64,000 nucleotides of DNA from Octopus vulgaris (GCA_951406725.2 OX597816.1:152334001-152398000), one strand, 5' to 3'; counted from the stretch's first letter, positions 1-13,077 are shown. Made by a program: numbers and translations. The notes: generated by a model not told the origin, from the letters alone.

Positions 1-459
1 CAATCCTGGGCTATAGTAAAAGATACTTGCCCAAGGTGTTACACTGAAGGATTGAATATTGCATACAACGATGTGTGTTTTACAAAAAGACTCATAGTTT
101 TTATCAAGTATGGAATACATAGTCTAAGAATATTGTATCAGCAGAAATTTTCACAGGTGAAACTTGTCTGTCCATTCAAGAGCTGTGTATTGTCTACAGA
201 ACAGATTTATAATGCTGATATGTTCCATACATCAGTGCTTCTCAAACTATCTGATGTGGCGTACTGGCAGTTTTCTTTTTTCCCAATGTGCCAGGGACTG
301 GTAATATTTCTTAGTAATATTAATTTATACTGGAAACAATATATAAAATGAATATAATAAAAGTTGACAATTTTTTTTACCTTATATTTATTTTGTAAAT
401 AATACAATATTACATGAGCATTTTATAATGTTTCTTTCTTTTCTGGAAACTTGCCGTGC

Positions 460-521
460 ACCAGCAGCTGATGGCTCGCGGACTGGCACCAGTTTGCGGA
501 CCACCACTTTGAGTAGCACTG
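460..521 (-). mobile_element. hAT/Charlie-like transposon terminus
   Basis: Minus strand CAGTGCTACTCAAAGTGGTGGTCCGC resembles Charlie-type ends; partner end not found. Confidence 0.45.
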
Positions 522-1387
522 CCATACATGACATTCTTTTATTCTTTCACTAGATTGAGACTATGCAGAGGCTTTAAGAGTCTTAGTTGTTTTACTGATC
601 TCAATACTTATTTCAGTCAGGCATTTGCTTTATTGAACTCTATCAATTGGCTAACTCATAATTCAACAAATCTGTGGTACACACATACACATGCATGCAT
701 ATACGTTCACACACACATAGTAATAATAATGAAGATGATATTCAGTTAATTTGTGCAGTCTCCATGTATCAAACTCCACTCACAAAGTATCACAGCCCTG
801 TGGAACAAGCTACCACAAGATGTCATTCAACTGCCCACCACTCCTCTGTTCAAAGAGGCTCTGAACAACTGTGACGACTATGTATAAAACTGTATATAAC
901 TATAACTGTTTTTTGTTTGTAAGTGCATTGTGCTCTTCTCCTGCCAATAAATTTTATTTTATTTTATTTGACATTGGTCAACTAGAGGCTTAAAGTGAGA
1001 ATGAGCCCAGACCATGTCAATATGTAGAGGAACTGAAAGTTTAGTTAATGTGCTTGTAACAGTCTTGCAATAAAATTAATATTGGGGTTATATTCCATAT
1101 ATTTTTAGTAAGACATGAAATGATATGTTTACAAGTTTCAAGTGCTTGTTGACTTGCTTTACAGGCAAAAGTGTAGCCCTTAGATGATTTGGAGGTGTTG
1201 ATCGGTCAAATTTAAACTCTATGAAATTTAATGATGCATAAAACAGCATGTTTGCTAAACATTTACCAGAAATGTTTATGGTGTAACTCAACATTATTAT
1301 TTCTACATCAAGACTGACTATTTCAACCATATTAATAAGTGGTAAATATCAATGTAAATATGTTTTCACAAACTGAATCCTTGAGAA

Positions 1388-1667
1388 TCATCATCATCAT
1401 CATCATCATCGTTTAACATCCACTTTCCATGCTAGCATGCGTTGGACGATTTGACTGAGGTCTGGCGAACCAGATGGCTGCACCAGACTCCAATCTAATC
1501 TGGCAGAGTTTCTACAGCTGGATGCCCTTCCTAATGCCAATGACTCCGAGAGTATAGTGGGTGCTTTTATGGGCCACCGGCACGCAGGCCAGTCAGGCGG
1601 TACTGGCAACAGCCACGCTCAAATGGTGCTTTTTATGTGCCACCTGCACGGGAGCCAGTCCAGCGGC
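1388..1667 (-). mobile_element. (GAT)n-tailed SINE / RTE 3'-end family copy
   Basis: Core TTTAAC-TCC-CTTTCCATGCT-GCATG...CTACAGCTGGATGCCCTTCCTAA recurs roughly 25 times in the window in both orientations. Confidence 0.85.
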
Positions 1668-3801
1668 ATTCTGCATGGTATTCCATTGAATTTTTATATC
1701 ACTACAATAGTCCCATCTGTGACTAGATGTTTACTGTGTATTATACAGAGAACATACATGGCTGTTGTTGTAACTTATACAAGAGATTGGCATTACTTAT
1801 GAAAGTCATGATCAATAACTATTTTTTTTTAACCGAATATTCAGGTGGTGTGTACTTATAGTAATTGTTTGAAACTACAATGATTTATTGAGTGTGTACT
1901 TGACCCTGATTTTTGGTAGTGTTAAGCAAATGAATGACATATTTTGGTAGACTTCAGCTATTATCTGTTTTAATATCACCATTTAACCCTTAGGTGTCTT
2001 AGTGGAGTCTACTCTTTGCCAGTATTTGGACCAGATATCCAGCTGAAAATAACTTTCTTCTTTGAGGCACTAAAATGAGTCAATGATACTTCATTTTCTT
2101 TTCTGTCTAAGCCATTAAAAAAATATAATAAAATGTTTTTTCTCAGATAATATACTTTTTATGACATTTCCAGATCTTCTAGTTATTGTCTTAGCTAAGT
2201 AGAACATTACGTGGAAAGTTATGATAATCTGGCTAGAGATTTGAATTTATTACTTAAAATAACTGGGGAAACTGCTAAAGGACACCTGCTGCGTGAAAAC
2301 TTGATAGTAAAATGAGTGTTAGTATATTTGATGAAAGGAGCCAAGAAATTCATGAAAAATACACACTCAGCAATGAGAACAATCATTCTTGAAATGATTA
2401 ATTCTGATCAAAATAAATATATCAATAAAATAGCACAAAAAGCAACTCCAAAATTTTTTAATAAATTTGATAAGGAATGCAGTGAAGAGTGAGTTGGATC
2501 TTTAGCAGCTCCATGTTTCAGTTTTATTAGACCTCAACAGTTCAGCTAATACTGACATTTCTTGGTTCACTGCATCAAGCATGCTAGCAAATACTTTCCT
2601 AAGATCTGATAATCTAATACATTAGATTATACAACTGTTTACAAGATGTTAATAGTACTTTTGCATAAAATTACTTAGTTTGAACTTTTAGAGACCTCTG
2701 ATCAATCAAACTAAGCAAATTTAATAATTTAATAAACATGACCTTCAAAACAATATTTTATTTATTTGACATATGTTTATTGGAAAGTCTAAATCCATTC
2801 AATCTCATCGATTCAAGACATCAAAAGTCTTTCAACCTAACACAGAACAATGCAAAAATGATTCTACTTTTAAATTTATCGTGCAGGACTTGGTTAAACT
2901 TCTATGAGATCAATCTTTGAGACATGCAGGCTGTACACTTAAGATAATAGATATTTATTTTTAGCAATATTCAATGACAACTTTCTTTTGAAATTTTTCA
3001 TATTAAAAAATAAAACCATTTCAACAATACATTATGATTACATTTTTAGAATGTACTATTGATTGTGAGCAGAAAATATAGTTAAAATTCAACATGCAAT
3101 TTATTGATCTAGGTGTCAGACTATAAATTAGAGAACAGTTTAAAATATTGATTTTATTTGAGAGAGTAAAAAGAACACTGTAAAATTGATATATTTCTAA
3201 AGGACTTTAATAATGTAAGTCTACTAAAGTAACTGCAATTAAAAATTGAAACAGAATTGTGGACAAAACTTACCAAGAGCTTGTCAGTACTCTATAGCAT
3301 TCATCATGAAGATATAGAATACTTTACAAAGCTTCAATACAGAGAATAAATGTCTTTTACTGAAAAAATTCAAGAAAATCATTAGATTCAGGAAGGCTTT
3401 AAGCAATGAAAACTGTTTTAAAGCTTAGTTTTATGACAAGTAAAGTGGAAGGTACGCTAATTAGCCAGTTAATATAATTATTTCACATTCACATCTATTG
3501 GAATCTGTAATCTAGAATCTGTAACTTATGTTATAGTATTGCAATAGAACAAATTGATTTTAAAGGGTTTAATTGAGGCCTTTGGTCTCTTTTAGGCTGC
3601 CTGTGACATTTCAAATACTAAATGCAAACCTGAAATTTAAAAGGTTAATGAACTTGTCATAAAAGTTCTAATTAATCCCTCATCTTTCAGACTATAGGAA
3701 TTTTACATTTAACATTTTATACTATGCTCCATATATCACTCCGCAACAAAGCTTTTTACTTTTATGCTTTATCTTTCACTTTCTAATCTGCAAGTTACAT
3801 A

Positions 3802-3803
3802 TT

Positions 3804-3875
<72 letters not shown>

Positions 3876-3910
3876 TCCTTCCTTCCTTCCTTCCTTCCTT
3901 CCTTCCTTCC
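3802..3910. repeat. (TTTC)n(TTCC)n microsatellite
   Basis: Direct reading. Confidence 0.95.
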
Positions 3911-4699
3911 TTTTATTACAAACCTTTCCACTAGCTTAATTTAGAGATAACCAACAGAAAATTATATTTAAATTTAGATACCCCTGAAAATCTATTTGAG
4001 CCTCTTTTCATGTACTAGCTTTCTGAAGAATAAAATATAATTGAAAGCAAATTTAGATATGAAAGAGTTAAAATTCAGTTTGGTTTATTTAGGAGTTAGA
4101 CAGGTAGGTATTGCTACATCTGACAGCATATTAACTATATAAAAGTGTATAATGTTAAAAGTATTGGGTGGTTCATTAAATTAGCTTTAAATAAAATTAA
4201 TGAAATTACAAGGTTGGGTAAGTCTCCCCAACAGCTGATTTCCATTTATTTCAATCCTGAATCAACTGATCAGTGAAGCCAACTCTATAAAATTGCTTTT
4301 ATTCAGTGGTTTATTTTAATAAATGCACAGTAATCATATAAAAAAAAATTGATAAAACTGTATCTTGTCAAATAAAATCAATAAATACCCAGTCTGTCCT
4401 AAAAGAAATTGAATTTTTGGAACAGCATGCCAAACTGATTAAATCATGAATAAAGAAATAAATTTTTTTTCTTAAATCTTCAATTTTCTTTTGGACAAAC
4501 TATGTGTACTTCATTGGTTAAGAAGAAGATAAACAGTAATAAAAATTTCTGTAGGCATGGCTGTATGCTTGAAAAATTTATTTCTCTGTCACATCATTCT
4601 GGGTTTGCTTCTTCTGTGTGGTACCTTGAGCTGAGCAATATTTAGTGAGTAGAATTAGGTCAACAGAAACTCTTTGGAAGCCCATTATGTGTGTGTGTA

Positions 4700-5110
4700 T
4701 CTTTTATCTTTTACTTGTTTCAGTCATTAGACTGCAGCCATGCTGGCGCACCACTTTGAATTTTAAGTTGAATGAATCAACTCCAGTACTTCTTTTTCAA
4801 GTCTGGTACTTATTCTATCAGTCTTTTTTTGCTGAACCACTAAGTTACAGAGACAAAAACACAGGCAGACACAAGTTGTCAAGCGGTGGAGGGGAGACAA
4901 ACACAAACTCAAACACACACACATTCTCTTCAGTCATTTGACTGTGGTCATGCTGGAGCACCACCTTAAAGGGTTTTTCAGTCGAAGAAATTGACCCCAG
5001 AACTTATTCTTTGTAAGCCTAGTACTTATTCTATCGGTTCTTTTGCTGAACTGCTAAGTTATGGAGACATAAACACACCAGCATTGGTTGTCATGCGATG
5101 GTCAGGAGAC
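4700..5110 (-). mobile_element. Two tandem copies of a third SINE family
   Basis: TTCAGTCATT-GACTG-GG-CATGCTGG-GCACC...AGTACTTATTCTATC core, also at 9430-9770. Confidence 0.7.
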
Positions 5111-5142
5111 AAACACATAAATACATACATACATACATACAC

Positions 5143-5186
<44 letters not shown>

Positions 5187-5192
5187 TTATAT

Positions 5193-5346
5193 GCTGGGCT
5201 TCCTTCAGTTTCCATCTGCCAAATCCACTCACAAGTCTTTGGTTGTCCCAAGGCTATAGTAGAAAACACTTGCTGAAGGTACCACACAGTGGGACTGAAC
5301 CTGGAACCATGTGGCTGGAAAGCAGGCTCTTTACCATTCAGCCATG
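5193..5346 (-). mobile_element. tRNA-headed SINE with a CORE-like CCTTGGGCAAGTG segment
   Basis: TGGCTG..TGGTAAG A-box and GGTTCAGTCCC B-box head; other copies at 1-50, 4555-4690, 9810-9930, 20370-20512, 41556-41693, 47055-47195. Confidence 0.75.
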
Positions 5347-5366
5347 CTTAAATTATTATTGTTGTG

Positions 5367-5443
<77 letters not shown>
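5367..5443. repeat. (CAT)n microsatellite
   Basis: Direct reading. Confidence 0.95.
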
Positions 5444-5444
<1 letters not shown>

Positions 5445-5870
5445 TTTATTATCATATTTTACTTCTCAGAGCTCTCAATCTTAATTGCTCTAGTTAATTC
5501 TGTGAGACCAGACTGTAACCAATTGTCAAAGGTCTCACAAAGTTACTCTCCATGAATTATAAGACTTGGTATTATTATTATATGTTTGGCTTTTGCTTTG
5601 TATTTGTACAAGTTGACTCCAAGTCTCATCCAGAGGCTTCAAGAGACAACAAGTTAGACGTTCAAGTTGGTGTCATGACTAGGGTGCCATATATTTGGTT
5701 TTGCATAGAGTATTGTTCTAGAAAATGTCTGTCAAAACATATGTAAATTAGAAGTTTGTTTTAAAAGTAATTTGATTATAAGATGATAGTCTGATGTTAA
5801 GATCACAGTAAAAGGTGTTTGATGTTATGTACATTTAAAAGTATTTTCACACTGTTTATGGAATAAAATA

Positions 5871-6450
5871 CTTTTGGGATTACATAGGTAATATTTTACA
5901 TAGGATATGAGCAGTTCCCATGAACAATATATTTTTAAATTTCTTCCATTTTGGGATTTCCTGGTATCTGAGCTAGGTAGCAATCAGCCCCTTTTACTAT
6001 CATTCCTATGGCACCTATAACAACAGGTATCGTTTTAGTCTTCAGGTTCCACATTTTGCCAATTTCTATTTCAGTTTTTGATAGGTTTTGACAGATACAT
6101 ATATGTCATTTGGGACAGTCATATCGATGAGGAGGCATGATTTTTGTCTGAAGTCCTTCAATATAATGTCTGGCCTAATTGCATCTATCTTTCTGTCAGT
6201 GAAGTTCCAAAGGTGTGAAATGTGGTCATTTTCAAGCACTGGCAGTGGTTTGTGTTCTCCACCAGTTTTCATCATGGGGCAGGTCCAAGTCTTTGCAAAT
6301 TACCCAGTGAATATTCTGTGCTGCTCTGTCATGCCCATTGAGATACTCTGTAGGTGCAAGAAAACTGCACATGGAAACAACATGATCAATGGTTTCATTT
6401 TGTTGTTTACATACATGACATGTTGGGCTACTGCTGTTCTTAAAGATGTT
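5871..6450 (-). mobile_element. 3' fragment of an R4/Dong-like non-LTR retrotransposon (CCHC knuckle + restriction-like endonuclease)
   Basis: Minus strand CHVCKQQNETIDHVVSMC...GHD and RPDIILKD...CLLIDMTVP; abuts a (TTA)n tract. Confidence 0.8.
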
Positions 6451-7832
6451 TAAGATGTTGAGATGTTATTATTATTAGTTTTATTATTATTATTATTTTA
6501 GGCATAGCAATATGAATAACCTGTTGTTAGAACTTAATACATGTATGCTTCAGAAAAAAGCATCACCTGAGTACAGAGAAGCAATAAGTTAAATGAATGA
6601 CAAGGGAATAAGAAATTAAGTATTGAACATTTTTAGCTTAAATAATATATATACATATATTAGGTTAATCAGCAGAAGTTACAAAGTGACTCAAGAGCTG
6701 AGAGTTTTACACATGGTTGTGAGGCACTTTAGATAAATGTCTTCTACTACAGCCTTAGGCTGTCAAAAGCCTGGTTGGCAGAAACTAAAAGTCTATTGTT
6801 TGTATATGTGTGTGTGAAAGTATCTTCTTGTCTAGGCTATTGAAATTTACAGTAAAACAAAAGACAAAGACAGGTATATGAATAACAAGCAGCTGTATTA
6901 GTTTGACACCCAGGAAAGTGAAAAAGTCTTTTAAGTTTCAAGCCTATGCTCTTCAACAGATGCGAATAAGAGAAAATAAACAGAGAAAGATTAAAAATAC
7001 AAGTGGATTTAGCAGTCAAACATGGTGAGTGGTCAGAAAAAAAAATTTGACAGGAGAAGTTGAAAGAAGGGGAGACAATAAAGTATTGGTGATCCCAAAA
7101 CGAAGGTGGGTGTGTGTGTATGTATGTATGTGAGAATGTAAAAAGCACCCAGCACACTCCGTTAAGTGGTTGGCATTAGAAAGGGCATCCAGCTAGAGAA
7201 ACCATGCTTCAACACACAGCTGGGGTCTGGGCAGGTCCCTGCTAGCCAGCTCCATGTCAAACCATGCAACCCATTCCAGTATAGGAAGTAGACATTAAAC
7301 GATGATGATGATGGATGGATGGGTGTATATATGTGTATGTGTACATCAGCATATAGTACATCACTGATTGGCTTGACAGAATCATGCACAGCAAACACAG
7401 AAGGCATCAATGAAGATCAAACACTGTTGTTGGCTAATTCACAAATCCAGTCGTTTTCAAGTTATTCAATGAATAGTAAAGCATTTAGTGTGTCATGAAA
7501 TAATAATGAATGAACAAATGAATGGATTTTAAATTTTGCAACAATTGTTTTACTAAAATCTTGATTTTAATGTAAGCATAATACAATGTTTTAGATTATA
7601 CAACACATTATGCAATCCTCGTTCTCATCAGGCAATACTTGAAAGAGAATGAAATAATGAGTTGTTGAGTAATCAATTGATTTTCAGACAAGCAAAATTA
7701 CAGTCAAATGTATATGTGTACATGTGGATGTGTGTGTGTGACAGCCAATTGGCAGATATTTATTCAGGCTTTCTGTGATCCAAGTTCAAATCTTGTTGAA
7801 GTCAACTTTACTTTTCATTAGTTCAGTGGCAT

Positions 7833-8200
7833 AAATACTACTGTAACTTGCCATTGAGGGTAACTTGGTGTCAACACATACTATGGTTTCATAAATGGTT
7901 TTTATGTGCTTCAGTATCATATGCAAGCAGATAATTCTCATCCTTGTCTCAGTATGTAATAGCTGGAGGGAGAGAGGGCTGCACCAGTGCCTAGACTTAC
8001 ACTTTATTTATGCCACTGAACTAATATAAAGTGTAAGCCTAGGCACTGGTGCAGCCCTCTCTCCCTCCAGCTATTACATACTGAGACAAGGATGAGAATT
8101 ATCTGCTTGCATATGATACTGAAGCACATAAAAACCATTTATGAAACCATAGTATGTGTTGACACCAAGTTACCCTCAATGGCAAGTTACAGTAGTATTT
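7833..8200. repeat. Near-perfect inverted repeat (175 bp arms, 18 nt spacer)
   Basis: 7833-8007 is the reverse complement of 8026-8200 with one mismatch seen. Confidence 0.95.
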
Positions 8201-8280
8201 TGTAGTTATATATATACACACATACACACATATATATGACAGCATGGAAAATAGACGTTAAATGATGATAATAATATATA

Positions 8281-9168
8281 CAAGGTGCGGTGAATAAACT
8301 GTTGTCTAAATTATGCAAAAATGAAAATAACACCGACATCTCATTATAACAGATATATTTACCAAAATTACATAAAAATATCTTGGAATACTAAAGACTA
8401 AATTTATTCAATGAAATAGTCATTGGCTTCAACCACGGCCTCCAGATGACTTCAAAATCTTCTGCGAGTTTTCTGGACGGTCTCCTTGTTTAAGTTGGTG
8501 AATGCTGCCATAATCCTTGCCTTCAGTTCTTCTTTGGTGTTTCAAGGAGTTTTGTTGATCCCTCGCTCAACTGCGCCTCAGACATAATAATCAAGGGGGT
8601 TGCAGTCTGGGGAGTTAGGTGGCCAGATGTTAGGGGTGGTGTGGTCACAGAAATTGTCTGACAGCCATGACTGGGTTCTCCTGCTTGTGTAGCATGGTGC
8701 AGAGTCCTGTTACCAGACATATGATCTTCTAGCAGTCCCCCCTCTTGACCTAGGACAGCACTATCTCCTCCAGGTACTTGATGTAGGCTGACATGCTGAG
8801 TCTGAGGCCATGTGCGAAGATAAATGGAGGCATAATGTTGCCATCACTAGTGATTACTCCACATACAATGATGGTGACTGGATGTTTGTCTTTTATCACT
8901 TTTGGTATATGTCTTCAGATTGCACAGTCCTCGAATTGACAGCCAAACACTCTGAAATGTTTGTACTGGAGCTCCAGCATGAATACCAAGCAACACAACA
9001 TGTCATTTCCACATATCTGCAGAGTGAATTGCATCATGGTGCTGTTTTTCTCACAGACGGTGCCCAACTGACCCTACCATACTGTGTAGTCAACAAAATC
9101 AAAAACAAACAATGTGCATGCTTGAAATTAAGAATATAAAATGGCAACAATTTACCCATCACACCCTA
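8281..9168 (-). mobile_element. Internally deleted Tc1/mariner-superfamily transposon
   Basis: Imperfect TIRs (CAAGGTGCGGTGAATAAACTGTTG / CAACAATTTACCCATCACACCCTA) flanked by TA; minus strand IWPPNSPDCNPLDYY. Confidence 0.8.
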
Positions 9169-10166
9169 TATATATATGGTGCAGGCATGGTGGTGTGGTA
9201 AGAAGTTTGTTTACATGCTGGCATGGGTTGGACAGTTTGACCGGAGTAGGCCAGGCAGAAGACTGCATCAGACTTCTGTGTCTGTTTTGGCATGGTTTTT
9301 ATGACTGGATGTCATTCAAAATACCAACCACTCCACAGAATGGACATATATATATATATGTGTGTGTTTTTCTGTGTGTGTTTTTCTGTGTGTGTTTTTC
9401 TGTCTGTGTTTGCTCCTTCCCCTCACTGCTTGATAGCAGTTTGGCAAAAGAGACTGATACAATAAGAACCAGTCTTAAAAAAAAAAGTACTGGAGTTGAT
9501 TCATTTGGCTAAAAGTTCTTCAAGGTGGTGCCCCAGCAAGGCCACAGTCTAATGGCTGAAACAAGTGTGTTTTTCTTTTACTTTTACTTGTTTCAGTCAT
9601 TTGACTGTGGCCATGCTGGAGCACCGCCTTTAGTCGAACAAATCGACCCCAGGACTTATTCTTTGTAAGCCTAGTACTTATTCTATCAGTTTTTTTTTTT
9701 GCCAAACCACTAAGTTATGGGGACATAAACACACACTAACATCAGTTGCCAAGCGACAGTGGAGGGACAAACACAGACACACACATAAATATATATATAT
9801 ATTTATAACGAGCTTCTTTCAGTTTCCATCTACCAAATCTACTTACAAGGCTTTAGTCAGTGTGAGGCTACAGTAGAAGACACTTGCCCATGGTGCCATG
9901 CAGTGGGACTGAACTGGGAACCATGTGGTTAAATATAAATGATATATATCTTTGTCCATTTTGTTCTGTTTTACTGTGCTAGCATGGGTTGAACAGTGAA
10001 TTATTTGAGGTAGAGTTTAACAGCTGGGTGCTCTTCCCACCACTAATCTTTACCTGTTTTTCAAGTAGAGTTTCTTTTTATTCCCAAGGTCTTTGAAAGT
10101 GAATGCCAACAAGGATTGTAAACATCATCATCATCATCATTTTTCTGAGATGTTGACATAAGCGGA

Positions 10167-10213
<47 letters not shown>

Positions 10214-10216
<3 letters not shown>

Positions 10217-10763
10217 GCCCTGATGCAGTACCAGGCAGTGGCTCTTCTGATCTTAACTGATTGGAAGTGTTATCATGTACATTGTTTTGTCTTGGTATAA
10301 AAGATGGGCTACAGCAAATATTCTGCTCAATACCACAGATTTACTTGTCAGTTGTTTGACTTTAACCAGTTGAGCATGTCCCTTAGTGGCTGACGATATG
10401 TGCATCTCTGATCACGAGCAGAAGTAGTGGGGGAGCATCATAGCCATGTGTTGAGAGGGATTCTTTGGGGTTTGAATAATTCACCTCTGGAAACATGGGT
10501 GGTTCTTTCAACATCCTTAAACAACCCTTATTCAGGGACCTTTTGAGCAGGATGGGCTACTCAATCAGAAGAAAATTCTAACTGGGCCCCACCTGCAAGG
10601 TCATGTGCTGTTTATCTTTTTATGAGATCACCATGTCGCGCACATATGGTTGTGATGCATGTGCCTGGTGTACCCTTATCAGATGGGTAGTCATGATGGG
10701 TATATTGGGCTTCGTATATTTTACCCCAGTGTCACTTTGATGGCATGAACTGCTCTCACACTC
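10214..10763. mobile_element. Interspersed repeat fragment inserted within (AAT)n, possibly from a Dong/R4-type element
   Basis: More GC-rich 550 bp block bounded on both sides by (AAT)n arrays; family assignment is inference. Confidence 0.5.
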
Positions 10764-11336
10764 AATAATAATAATAATAATAATAATGAAATTATTGTAT
10801 ACAGTACTCAGGTGCACAACAACTTGTCAGAAAGTGCGTATAAGGTGTATGCAGTAATGTACAAATGTCTGGAAAGCGAACAATGTATGAGTTAGATACA
10901 TGCTTGTGTGTGTATGGAGGGGAGGAAATCATTATCCATACACACATACAACAAACTTCCTACAGTTTCTGTCAACCAAATTCACTCATAAGGCATTGGA
11001 TAGTCCAGTCCAGGACTGTAGTAGGAAACACTTACCCATTGTATCACTTACCCATTGTATCATGCATGGGACTGAATCTGATATCATTTGGTAGCAATGT
11101 AAACTTCTTAATCACATCCATGCCTACACCTGTTTTATATATCATCATCATTTAACATCCATTTTCCATGCTGGCGTGAGTTGGATAGTTAGACAGGGGC
11201 TGACTAGGCAGAAGACTGCACCAGGCTTCACTGTCTGTTTTGGCAGGGTTTATATGGCTGGATGCCCTTCCTAATACCAGCTACCTTAGAGATAAATACC
11301 TATTATTTATGTGTGTGTGTCTGTGTATGTATACAT

Positions 11337-11376
<40 letters not shown>

Positions 11377-11397
11377 GTTCTTTTTTTTTTAACCTTT

Positions 11398-11935
11398 CAT
11401 CATCATCATTTAACATCCGCTTTCCATGGGTCGGACGATTTGACTGAGGAATAGCGAACCAGATGGCTGCACCAGGCTCCAGTCTGATCTGGCAGGGTTT
11501 CTACAGCTGGATGCCCTTCTTAACGCCAACCACTCCGAGAGTGAAGTGGGTGCTTTTACATGCCACTGGCACAAAGGCCAGTCTGGCGGTACTGGCAACA
11601 GCCATGCTCAAATGGTGTTTTTTATGTGCCACCTGCACTGGCAATGACCTCGCTCGAATGTTTTGTTCACGTGCCAGTACGGCAACACTGATAACAATCA
11701 CACCCAAATGGTGCTTTTTATGTGCCACCGGCACGGAAGCTAGACAGCTGCTCTGGCAGTGATCCCACTCGGATGGAACTGTTAGTGCTCCATTGGCATG
11801 GGTGCCAGTCATCGAATTTGGTTCAATTTTGATTTCACTTGCCTCAACAGGTCTTCGCAAGCAGAGATTAGTGTCCAATGAAGGAAGGTTGGCATGGGTG
11901 CCAGTCGTTGAATTTGGTTCGATTATGAATTCAAT
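11398..11935 (-). mobile_element. (GAT)n-tailed SINE family copy with internal repeats
   Basis: Same core plus repeated GTGCTTTT-ATGTGCCAC units. Confidence 0.8.
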
Positions 11936-12851
11936 TTCGATTTCGATCAGCAAAGGATACAAACATTGATGTAAATTCAAAAAGGCTAGCGACACCCCTT
12001 TGTTACTGTCTCTGTAAAAAAAATCAGTGAACCAGTGACTAGCCTGTTCGATAACAGTGACCACTAATACTACTGTACCTAAACTGCAATATTGAATATC
12101 AAAAAAATAAAATAAATAATTTGTTTCTAGAACTGTACTGCAAAGTGCATATAAAACTTTAAAAATAGTATGTAAATATTGGGCTGAGAAAAAGTGAGGG
12201 CTGGTCATAGGATCCAAACCCACATCTCCTATAACTTTTATTACATAATTTATATTTCTATCTCCGCTACCATGCTTAATATCACATCATTCTCATTTTT
12301 CAGTCTATGTTTCTCTACCATTGGGCTGTGCTGCTCAGAAGAAGAAATTATATAATTCATTTATTTCAAGTAAATTAAATATTTGAAATGTATCAATGTC
12401 ACTGAAACATATATGTAACAGGAGCAGCTCTGAAGACTTTGCCTTCATGTTGATTGATAGTGCAACTCAGTCTGTCAAAACATTTCTCTCTCTCTGTTAT
12501 GTCTCTGATAGGATTTGAACTATGTACTTTAATTAAACACTCATCAATGATGCAGTCCCAATTATATGGTGCTAATTATACTAGCTGCTATGTGAATTGT
12601 GCCAACAGCTTTAATTATTAAAGTTATTGACATGGCACAACATTGAGAAGATGTAAAATGTTGTCCATTCCATTAGTGAGTGATAATGGTGTAGCAAGGT
12701 TTCTCAGTGCCTAGAGCCTAGACACAAAGATAATTTCTATGCCTCCATCTTGATTAACAACATGACAGACCTCAGGGAAATTTTGTGCTCTGCTACATCT
12801 GCCTTGCTATTTCCCTGGTGGGTGACCTTAATTGATTCAACTACAATTGAT

Positions 12852-13077
12852 TTAACCCTTTAGCATTCAGATTAATCTGTCAACTATAATGCTTATTTAT
12901 TCACATTGTTTTGAATTAACTATGCCTTATCACATAGCCTTGAGATTTCAATGATGTGATTGCTTATTTTTAGAACGACATTGTTGAGAAGGTGTGAGGC
13001 CAGATCTGGTCAGTTTGAACATAAAACAGATAAAATCTTTGGACCAGATATGGCCTGTTTAAATGCTAAAGGATTAA
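12852..13077. mobile_element. TTAA-flanked piggyBac-type MITE, copy 1
   Basis: TTAA-CCCTTTAGCATT ... AATGCTAAAGGA-TTAA, ~225 bp. Confidence 0.8.

Noticed and set aside
4991-5555. 168 aa poly-His ORF and overlapping poly-Ile ORF
   Set aside because: Read-through of SINEs plus (ACAT)n and (CAT)n microsatellites.
11550-11760. CRISPR-like repeat-spacer pattern (also 47620-47960)
   Set aside because: Degenerate internal SINE repeats with related, irregular spacers in eukaryotic DNA; no cas genes.
11501-12223. Longest ORF in the window (240 aa, - strand)
   Set aside because: More than half lies in a SINE with internal repeats; no recognisable protein as a whole.
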